From: an uncultured bacterium
GTDB lineage: Bacteria > Armatimonadota > Hebobacteria > CAYNSX01
DNA: 62,417 bases
Reading direction: 5' to 3'
Assembly (NCBI GenBank): GCA_964400165.1
Contig: CAYNSX010000009.1
Span: 1 to 62,417 of the forward strand
Part shown: positions 17,545 to 24,802 of the stretch, one piece after another
Position numbering within the stretch: position 1 is the stretch's first letter
Layout: every line of letters starts with the position of its first letter
Program-made: the position numbers and the translations under genes
The notes under the pieces: generated by a model
What the model was told of the DNA's origin: nothing
Seen by the model: only the letters and a program-made list of their open reading frames with translations
Database searches by the model: none

Positions 17545-18713
17545 TAGTGGGCTCCCTTCGCGCGGCGGCCGTGGCCGTTCGCCAGGAATTCACGGAGCGC
17601 CAGGCCCGTCACCGTCGCCCAGGTCGGCCCGTGACTGGCGAAGTACGCCGCTTCCTCGGAGTCGGGCTGCGTCCCCGCCGGCACGGCGAACAGCTGCGCC
17701 GTCTCGGTCGGCAGGTTCAGGGCGTGCTCGAAGTAGGCGGCGAGCCCCGGCAGCCGTGCCGTGCCGCCGTACAGGATGATGCGGCCGGCCGTCGGCGCCT
17801 CTTCGGGCGTCTCGGTCGCCGGCTGCTGGAAGTCGTAGTAGGCCAGAGATCGGCGCAATTCACGGGCCAATTCCTCCAGGAACGGCTCAATTGCCCGGCT
17901 GGCCTGCTGGGCGTCGGGGGACAGCAGCGACCGCTGCTCTTCCGACCGCACCACCTGCAGGCCGCTTTCCTTCAACTGCTGGGCCGCTTGGTCGTCGATC
18001 GACAGGGTCGAGGCGATGGCCTCCGTCAGGTGGTTGCCCGCCAGCGGCAGCGACCGGGTCAGGATGAAATCGTTGCCCCGCAGGATGGTGATGTCGGTCC
18101 ACGAGGCGCCAATGCCGACGAACGCCAGCAGCGGCTGCTCCCCGTGCCCGTTGCCGTTGTGATAGCCGTGCAGGTCCGCCAGCGCCCGCAAGGCCGCAAA
18201 CGGGTCGATTTCGACCGCGATCGCCTCCAGGCCGCAATGGTCGAGCACCAGCATCCGGTGGTTGACCATATCGCGCGGGCACGCCACGACCATCACTTCC
18301 GACTGCCCGCCGGCCTCGCCCGGGTTGACGACGGAGAATTCGGTCACCGCGTCTTCCACCGGGAAGGAGATGTAGTTGCGGATTTCCCAGCGGATGGTCT
18401 TGCGCAGTTGCGGCTCCGGCATCACCGGCAGTTGCAGCGTGCGCGCCACGACGCTCAACCCGGCGACGCCGCAGACGGCGTGTCCGGCGCGCAAATCGAG
18501 CGCGCGCAGCAATTCGTTCAGCGCCTGCGCAATCGGCAGCGGGTCGTCGATAATGCCGCCCTTCAGCGCGCTCCCCGGCGTCGGGGTCATGCCCGCGCGC
18601 TTCGGCGCCCAGCCGTCCCGCTGGCGCTCCATTTGCATCACCTTGATGGTGTGGGTTCCGATGTCGACACCGATGACATCGTTGCCCCATGGACCTTGAC
18701 GGAGAAAGTTCAC
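17544..18713 (-). CDS. pilM: Type IV pilus assembly protein PilM (actin-like)
   Basis: From GTG 18713: IGVDIGTHTIKV, VVARTLQLP, YISFPVED, GIGASWT, RRSLAYY, ILYGGTARLPGL, TGLALR. Confidence 0.93.
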   Translation of the reverse strand: MNFLRQGPWGNDVIGVDIGTHTIKVMQMERQRDGWAPKRAGMTPTPGSALKGGIIDDPLPIAQALNELLRALDLRAGHAVCGVAGLSVVARTLQLPVMPEPQLRKTIRWEIRNYISFPVEDAVTEFSVVNPGEAGGQSEVMVVACPRDMVNHRMLVLDHCGLEAIAVEIDPFAALRALADLHGYHNGNGHGEQPLLAFVGIGASWTDITILRGNDFILTRSLPLAGNHLTEAIASTLSIDDQAAQQLKESGLQVVRSEEQRSLLSPDAQQASRAIEPFLEELARELRRSLAYYDFQQPATETPEEAPTAGRIILYGGTARLPGLAAYFEHALNLPTETAQLFAVPAGTQPDSEEAAYFASHGPTWATVTGLALREFLANGHGRRAKGAH

Positions 18714-18814
18714 GCGTCCCCCCTCTCTCGCGCCGTCCGCACCGCGCACGCGTCGGTCGAGTGAGTTCGTACCGCTACGCTTCTTCCATAAAGGGTAGGC
18801 GGTATGCTATAGAT

Positions 18815-19474
18815 TTACCGCTCACTTTTCAAGGGCTGGATAAGCAACCGATCAACCGATTTCTCGCTTTGCCGCCCCCCGTCGCCATTCCCCACCGCCA
18901 CATGGATGGCGCCGGCCCCGGTCATCGGCGCCGCCGGGTCCTGGCAGCGTTCCACCACCCCCGAAGCCACCAACTCCGTCACCCCCATCAATGCCTTCAC
19001 CGGATCGACGCCGCTCAACTTCACGATCTGCACGATGCTGCGCTTGCCGTCCACCAGCCGCAGCAGTTCTTTCGGTCCGGGCGGCAGCGAGTCCATGCGC
19101 TCCGCGATGTCGGCCGCCGCAATGCGCAGCGGCACATTCGCGCCGATCGTGCGGTCGAGTTCCTGCCACTCGTCCATCCGCTTCATCGCTTCCAACAGCA
19201 GCGCGTCCGTCGACTGCTCGATCGTCCGCCGCACCTGCGCGCAGACCGCGTCGAATTCGAATTCCCCCATCGTGGCGCCGAGCAGCTGGAAGATGGCTTG
19301 TTCCGCGGTCGGCGTCCCCTTGACCACGGCGTGCACGACTTCGCCGTCCACCAGGTGGACGGTGCCGATGAAGTCGCCGCAGCGCACCTGCAGCGTCCCG
19401 CTCTTCCGCCCCAGATTCAGCATCTGGAGCAGTTCGGCGAAATTCAAGTCCGCCAGATCGCCGTGCAGGCCCAT
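18815..19474 (-). CDS. DUF4388 (PatA-N-like) domain protein
   Basis: From ATG 19474: LHGDLADLNFAELLQMLNLGRKSGTL..G.V.LVDGEVVHA...GEFEF...LLLEAMKRMDEW, then LLRLVDGKRSIVQI (winged-helix-like). Confidence 0.85.
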   Translation of the reverse strand: MGLHGDLADLNFAELLQMLNLGRKSGTLQVRCGDFIGTVHLVDGEVVHAVVKGTPTAEQAIFQLLGATMGEFEFDAVCAQVRRTIEQSTDALLLEAMKRMDEWQELDRTIGANVPLRIAAADIAERMDSLPPGPKELLRLVDGKRSIVQIVKLSGVDPVKALMGVTELVASGVVERCQDPAAPMTGAGAIHVAVGNGDGGRQSEKSVDRLLIQPLKSER

Positions 19475-20073
19475 TATTCGGTCCGCCCGTGCTTGTGCCG
19501 CAGGTTGGCCAGCACCCGCTCGCTGATGCAATTCAGCGTGTCGAGCACGCCGTCGCCGTTGACCGCGACCGTTTCGAAACTCGGCACTTCATATTCGTTC
19601 AGCAGGAATTGCAGATATTCGGTCGGCGCCACGCCATCCAGATCGCGCTTATTGAACTGGATGACGAACGGCACCTGCGCCAGCGAAGTCCCGTAGGTCG
19701 CCAGGTTTTCCTGCAAGTTGCGAAAACTTTGCACCGTCTCGTGCAATTTGTCCCACTGGCTGTCGCAAACGAACACGACACCGTCCACGCCGCGCAGCAC
19801 CAGCCGCCGCGTCGCGTTGTAATTCTGCTGCCCAGGCACCGTGTACAACTGAAACTTGGTCGTGAAGCCGTGCACGCGCGGCGCATCAATTGGCAGGAAG
19901 TCGAAGAACAGCGTGCGTTCGCCCGGCGTCGCCAGCGAAATCAGGTTGCCCTTCTGGTCCGTCGCCACCATGTCGTGGATCTGCTTCAAGTTCGTCGTCT
20001 TACCCCCGAGCCCGGGGCCGTAATAGACGATCTTGCAGCCGATCTCTTTCAGCGTGTAATTGATCGCCGCCAT
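19474..20073 (-). CDS. mglA: MglA-family small Ras-like GTPase
   Basis: CKIVYYGPGLGGKTTNL, ERTLFFDFLP, FQLYTVPGQ, LRGVDGVVFVCDSQ and QFNKRDL closely match the Myxococcus/Thermus MglA motifs. Confidence 0.95.
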   Translation of the reverse strand: MAAINYTLKEIGCKIVYYGPGLGGKTTNLKQIHDMVATDQKGNLISLATPGERTLFFDFLPIDAPRVHGFTTKFQLYTVPGQQNYNATRRLVLRGVDGVVFVCDSQWDKLHETVQSFRNLQENLATYGTSLAQVPFVIQFNKRDLDGVAPTEYLQFLLNEYEVPSFETVAVNGDGVLDTLNCISERVLANLRHKHGRTE

Positions 20074-20083
20074 CGTGCGCCCC

Positions 20084-21097
20084 TTAGCCCCGCGGCGCCG
20101 GCGCCGTCACGGCCACCGGCGCGGTGGCCACGCGCAGGGTCCCGTTGGTCGGCGCGAAGAGCGGGGTCGTCGTCTCGAGTTCCATCTTCGACCACGGCAG
20201 CGGCGCGCGGCGGCCGAGCGCGAACAACTCGCCCGGCAACTGCGGCACCACCACCGACATCGGCACCAGCAAATCCGTCACCGCGTGTCCGTTGCGTCCC
20301 ACCGCCGGCACCGCGACCAGGCCGTGCGGCAAGTACGGTTGCAAGTCGGACAGCGGGATGCGCAACTCGCCTTCGCGCATCTCCGGCCACAGCACCGCCA
20401 GCGGGATGCGCACGACTTCCGTCTCGGCGCGCGTGCCGTGCGGGTCGTTCACCCAGTCCGGGGGCAACTGCTTCAGCAGCGCTGCCGCCGGCACTTCAAT
20501 CGGTCGCTCTGCATATTCCTCCGGCAGTGGCGGCGGAACGAGCGGCGAGACCAACTCGGCCGCCGGCGCAATCTCCGGCGTCGCCGGCTTGAACGCCTCT
20601 GCCTGCGGCGACGCTGCCGCATCCGTCGTCAGAAATCGGAAGGACACCCGCTCCAGCCGCGCCGCGGGCGCCGAACGCCCCACCCCTGCCGAAGCGGCCC
20701 GCGCCGCGGTCCGCACCACGACCTCCGGACCGGCGCCGTCGAGCGCCAGCAGGATTTCCTTCGTCGCCAGCCCCGCCGCCAGCGCAAACACCGCCAGCAG
20801 CCCGCGCAGTTCCAAGCCGCCCGGATTGCCGCCGTGCATCTGGGCAACGCCCCACGACATCCCCAGCCGCAGCGCCACCATCGCGCCGAACACCATCACC
20901 ATCTGGGAGAGCCGCAGCGAGCGCGACGCCAGCGCCACGCCGACGACATACAGCCCCGCCTCGGCCGCCCAGGCCAATTCATTGGAGACCTGCAGCGCCC
21001 CCGGCAGCGCGCCGTACAACTGGTGCGCCAGCCCGACGCCCAAGGCGACGAGCACGGCGCCCATAAACAAGGGAAGGATTAGTCGCTGTCCCGCCAT
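20084..21097 (-). CDS. Hypothetical membrane protein (about 4 N-terminal TM helices; cytoplasmic domain with repeated [IL]x[IV]PxxxLxxxLP units)
   Basis: ATG 21097 has GGAGG/GAGG upstream and the N-terminal third is hydrophobic. Repeated units: IEVPAAALLKQLP, VRIPLAVLWPEM, LRIPLSDLQPYLP, LLVPMSVVVPQLP. Confidence 0.7.
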   Translation of the reverse strand: MAGQRLILPLFMGAVLVALGVGLAHQLYGALPGALQVSNELAWAAEAGLYVVGVALASRSLRLSQMVMVFGAMVALRLGMSWGVAQMHGGNPGGLELRGLLAVFALAAGLATKEILLALDGAGPEVVVRTAARAASAGVGRSAPAARLERVSFRFLTTDAAASPQAEAFKPATPEIAPAAELVSPLVPPPLPEEYAERPIEVPAAALLKQLPPDWVNDPHGTRAETEVVRIPLAVLWPEMREGELRIPLSDLQPYLPHGLVAVPAVGRNGHAVTDLLVPMSVVVPQLPGELFALGRRAPLPWSKMELETTTPLFAPTNGTLRVATAPVAVTAPAPRG

Positions 21098-21164
21098 CGC
21101 GTTTGCGCCCTCGTGCCTCCGATTAGTGCCGACCGGCTGCGCCTCCGCCCCAAGGGCACTCACG

Positions 21165-21256
21165 CGCCTCTGTGGCGGCCTGGCAATCCGGCTTGACGGT
21201 CGGACCCATGGCTTTGCGTCCCCACATTGCTGCGGGTTTGCCTTTCTCTACAGGCT
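21165..21256 (-). ncRNA. Cyclic di-GMP-I (GEMM) riboswitch aptamer
   Basis: The minus strand reads GCCTGTAGAGAAA-GGCAAACCCGCA-GCAA-TGTGGGGACGC-AAA-GCCATGGGTCCG-accgtcaagc-CGGATTGCCAGGC-CGCC-ACAGAGGC. This shows the conserved GGCAAACC...GGGACGCAAAGCC core, a GNRA-capped P2, a P3 hairpin and a CTGT/ACAG P1, about 70 nt upstream of the first pilus-locus gene. Confidence 0.88.
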
Positions 21257-21458
21257 TCCGTGCGCATCGCGTCGTTTTGCAAGCGATCGGCCGAGCGACT
21301 GCACGCGATGGTCTATTCCACACCCGCACTACCCCCCACCATGTGCGGAATCGCCCCCCGCCTGTGCGGATTCGGCCCAAAACAGGTGGCATGGGGGAGA
21401 GAACAACAAAGTCCACAGGGCGGCAGGCATCTTGCCTGCCTCGGAGATGCGGCTTGCT

Positions 21459-21525
21459 GCAATCAGGATGCCGGTTGTCCCCTCTCCCAAACTGGGAGAG
21501 GGGTACGCGAAGCGGGGGTGAGGGG
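21459..21525. repeat. Left inverted repeat of the DUF559 cassette (contains a REP-like palindrome)
   Basis: GCAATCAGGATGCCGGTTGTCCCCTCTCCCaaactGGGAGAGGGG...GGGGTGAGGGG is an imperfect reverse complement of 21909-21973. Confidence 0.75.
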
Positions 21526-21555
21526 AATTCGAATCCGCACCGGATCCCGTGCTTC

Positions 21556-21942
21556 ATGGGACGCCGATCCGAAATCACTCGTCCATTGCGGCGAAATCAG
21601 ACTCCCGAAGAGCGCGAATTATGGGAGTTCCTGCGAGGAGAACGACTCAACGGGTTGCGGTTCCGGCGCCAACATCCGATTGGGCCGTTCGTCGTGGACT
21701 TCTACTGCCGCGCCGCGCGGCTCGTCGTAGAACTCGAAGGCGCTGTCCATTTGCCGACCGACCAACAAGATGCCGATCACGAGCGCCGGGAATACTTGCG
21801 AGCGCGTGGATTGCGTGTGCTCCGCTCCATGAATCAGAGTGTGAAAGGGAGGCCGCTCTGGGTGCGAGCGATGATTCGCCACGCGGCTTTGCAGGCGATG
21901 CCCGGTCTCCCCTCTCCCGGCCTGCGGCCACCCTCTCCCTAG
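21556..21942 (+). CDS. DUF559 / Vsr-like endonuclease domain protein
   Basis: From ATG 21556: LRRNQTPEERELWEFLR..LNGLRFRRQHPIGPFVVDFYC..ARLVVELEGAVH...DHERREYLRARGLRVLR. Confidence 0.88.
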   Translation: MGRRSEITRPLRRNQTPEERELWEFLRGERLNGLRFRRQHPIGPFVVDFYCRAARLVVELEGAVHLPTDQQDADHERREYLRARGLRVLRSMNQSVKGRPLWVRAMIRHAALQAMPGLPSPGLRPPSP

Positions 21943-21973
21943 AAGGGAGAGGGACTACCGGCATCCGGATCGC
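21909..21973. repeat. Right inverted repeat of the DUF559 cassette
   Basis: Reverse complement reads GCGATCCGGATGCCGGTAGTCCCTCTCCCttctaGGGAGAGGGTGGCCGCAGGCCGGGAGAGGGG. Confidence 0.75.
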
Positions 21974-22315
21974 GTGCGCGGCCTCACCCCCAGCCCCCTC
22001 TTCTGTCAGGAGAGGGGAAACGCGATGGTCGGGTAGCCCCGGCGTGCCGGGGCCAGAATCGGTGACGATCAAACAATCACCGCAACAAGGGCAGGATGGC
22101 AGGAGACACGGGGGGCAGATCCTTGACCTGCCAGAGTCACCGGCGATTTTGCAGTTCGCCTCCGGGTCCGGGGATGACATCCCCGGACTCACCGTGGACG
22201 CCCGATGAATCGGGCTCGTACAAAGGGGGGCAGGCAAGTCGCCTGCCCTCGGCCACGCGGGCCAGAGGCCCGCGCTACCCTCTTGGGGTAGCCCCGGCGT
22301 CTCGCCGGGGGGGAG

Positions 22316-22696
22316 TCAATCGATGTAACTGAAATCCAGCGGGTCGGCGGGGCCTTTCGCGGTGCGCCCCAAAATCAGGATGCCGAGTTCGGCGACGCCG
22401 TCCACCTTCGGTTCCAGCAGCCGGGCGTGCGCGTAGATGTGCCCGTCGCGCAGTTCATCCTGGCGGTGGATGTGGATGTGATAGCGCCCCAGCGCCAGCG
22501 CCGGTTTCACCTCCAATACCGCCCCGAGCGGCGCCTGATCTTGCGGCAGCGGGTCGCGCACGAACCCGATGGCGCCCTCGAATTCGCGGGCGTCCTTCGC
22601 TGCATCCGCAGTCAGGTCGAGCACCAAGTGCCCGCCCCGGCGCAGATAGTCGCGGAAATAGCGGCGCGCAACGGGCTCGGTCGGCAGTTCCGGCAT
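22316..22696 (-). CDS. Hypothetical protein (126 aa)
   Basis: ATG 22696 lies 8 nt after TAGATT. Codon usage is genome-typical and no motif was recognised. Confidence 0.65.
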   Translation of the reverse strand: MPELPTEPVARRYFRDYLRRGGHLVLDLTADAAKDAREFEGAIGFVRDPLPQDQAPLGAVLEVKPALALGRYHIHIHRQDELRDGHIYAHARLLEPKVDGVAELGILILGRTAKGPADPLDFSYID

Positions 22697-22707
22697 CAGC
22701 CGGTAAT

Positions 22708-24699
22708 CTACCCCCCGCTCCGCTCCTCGTCGAGGCCGGCGCCGACCTCGCGCCGCGGCCCGGCGCTCCCGCTGTGGCGCCACGCTTTGTTGTTGCCGAC
22801 ATCGGGGACGCCCGCCGGATAGGTGTCCGTCCCGCCCTGGTCGAGGAAGACGCCGATGGTGCGGCTGCTGTGCCGGAAGTTCGCTTCCTTCAACTCCGAG
22901 GCGTGGCTCGCCGAGCCGAGCGTCGTTCCGGAGGACTGATAAGTGTCGGCGCCGCTGACCTCCCAGAAGTAGCCCGCCCCGTTCGCGTTGCCGGCGCCGA
23001 GCGACAGGTTCGGCGCCTTATAGATGTCGTTGCCCGCCGCGTTAAAGAGGAAGCCGGACGAGAAGTCGTGCCCCGCCCCCTGCGCCATATTCATCGTCGC
23101 CTCGATGGTGTCGTCGCCCTCGCCCGCGTCAAAGAGGACGCCGACGGCAAAGTGCGCGCACGCCCCTTGCACATACCAAATGCCGTGATAGGAGTCCTTG
23201 CCCTTCAGGTCGGCGAGGATGCCGACGCCGTACCAATAGCCGCCGCCCTGGCCGAAGACGCCGCATGAATAGAAGTCGTCGCCGGTCCCGTCCACCAGCA
23301 CGCCGATGCCGCCCGCCAGCGAGTGCCCGTCGCTGAAGTCAGCCCGCAGGCCGAACCCGAAGCCCTGGCTCAACGACCCGTTGTGCTGGTCGCTCTGCGC
23401 GGACGGGAACTTGATGTCGGTGTCGTTCGCCACATAGCGGTCGTTGCCCAAGTGGTCAACGAGAAACCCGACGCCGAGCGTGAACCCGAACCCCTGCCCG
23501 AGTTGGTAGACGCTGTAGGTGTCGCTGCCGTCCTTGTCCCACAGCAGCCCGAGCCCGAACGAACCCGCCCCCTGCCCGTGCTCGACCAGCGAATAGCGGT
23601 CGTTGCCCGCGGTGTCGAGCAGCGCGCCGACGCCGCCGGACCCCGAGCCCTGCGAGTTCTTCTGCGCGGTGTATTCGTCGTTCCCCTCGTCATCGATGAG
23701 GAAGCCATAACCGAGCCGCGCGGCGCCGAAAGTCGGGCGCTTGGCGTCGGCGGCGGCGTATTTGTCGTTCCCGCCGAGGTCGATCAGGATGCCGACGGGG
23801 TGCTGCGGACCGTCTGCGCCGCCGCCGGCGGTGTACTTATCATCGCCGTTCGCATCAATGATGAGGAAGGCGCCGGCGTCCGGCGTGTGGTCGTTCGCTC
23901 CCGGCCCCGACAGCACAATCGAACCGAGCGGCGTTTCGATCGACACGCTCTTCGTCAGTTCCGGCCGGGCGGTGTGCAGCATCGGCAGCGCCTGGTCGAG
24001 CGCATCGGCTAGGTCCTGCGCGCCGGCATAGAGGTACGCGAAATCGAGCGTGTCGAGCACCTGCTGCAATTCGGGCTTCACCGTGTCGCCGACATAGTCA
24101 TCCGGAAATCCGGCAAGCAGTTTGTCGGCGTTGGGCAACCGGCGCACCGGCGCCAGCGCCTGGTCGTACCATGTCAGCGAGAGCAGCGTGCCGTAGATGA
24201 TGAGCGCCACCGGCTTGGCGATCGACAGCGGCACGGCCGCCGTCTTCTGCTGCAGCGCATCTTTCTCCGCGGCCGTGGGCGCCTTGCCGCACTCCGTGCG
24301 CAGCGCGAGCAGCGCCCCGTACAGCGGGTCGCCGGTCGCCATCTGCTTCTTGGCGTCGTCGAGCGGCTGCTCGAGCCACGCCCGCCGCGAGCCGTGCGTC
24401 GTCAGCAGCGACATCGCCGAAATCTGCCGCACGAGTGTCGTGCGCTCCAGGGCGCCGTGAGCGACCGCGTCCGACAGCGCCGGGATGCGCCAGGGGTCGT
24501 GCTGCATCGTCCAGTAGAGCGGCAGCGCATAGTCGTCGCCGCCGTAAAGGCGCATATAGTCGAGGTCCACCGCCAGGTCGGCGCGCGTCAGGCCCGCCGC
24601 CGCCGCGGCGCGGTCGAACCCGCTGGTGTCCTCATACGGCGTCTGCGCCGCCACCACCGACATCACCGACACGAGCAGCACCCACCGGAACCGGCGCAT
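22708..24699 (-). CDS. Secreted protein with about 10 glycine-rich GxGxGxLxDxxGxDxY repeats
   Basis: Signal peptide MRRFRWVLLVSVMSVVAA. Repeats include GILIDLGGNDKY, GFLIDDEGNDEY, GALLDTAGNDRY, GLLWDKDGSDTY, GFLVDHLGNDRY, GVLVDGTGDDFY, GILADLKGKDSY. Confidence 0.8.
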   Translation of the reverse strand: MRRFRWVLLVSVMSVVAAQTPYEDTSGFDRAAAAAGLTRADLAVDLDYMRLYGGDDYALPLYWTMQHDPWRIPALSDAVAHGALERTTLVRQISAMSLLTTHGSRRAWLEQPLDDAKKQMATGDPLYGALLALRTECGKAPTAAEKDALQQKTAAVPLSIAKPVALIIYGTLLSLTWYDQALAPVRRLPNADKLLAGFPDDYVGDTVKPELQQVLDTLDFAYLYAGAQDLADALDQALPMLHTARPELTKSVSIETPLGSIVLSGPGANDHTPDAGAFLIIDANGDDKYTAGGGADGPQHPVGILIDLGGNDKYAAADAKRPTFGAARLGYGFLIDDEGNDEYTAQKNSQGSGSGGVGALLDTAGNDRYSLVEHGQGAGSFGLGLLWDKDGSDTYSVYQLGQGFGFTLGVGFLVDHLGNDRYVANDTDIKFPSAQSDQHNGSLSQGFGFGLRADFSDGHSLAGGIGVLVDGTGDDFYSCGVFGQGGGYWYGVGILADLKGKDSYHGIWYVQGACAHFAVGVLFDAGEGDDTIEATMNMAQGAGHDFSSGFLFNAAGNDIYKAPNLSLGAGNANGAGYFWEVSGADTYQSSGTTLGSASHASELKEANFRHSSRTIGVFLDQGGTDTYPAGVPDVGNNKAWRHSGSAGPRREVGAGLDEERSGG

Positions 24700-24802
24700 T
24701 GGCAGCCCTCCGCTGCGTCCTTCGGCGCGCACGACGGGCAATCCTGTGGAGAGCGGCGCGATGGCGCGGCGGCGCGCGGTGCGGTAGATTGACAGCGTCG
24801 CC

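Noticed and set aside
20084..21097. MglB assignment by position
   Set aside because: It has TM helices and no roadblock/LC7 pattern that I can recognise.
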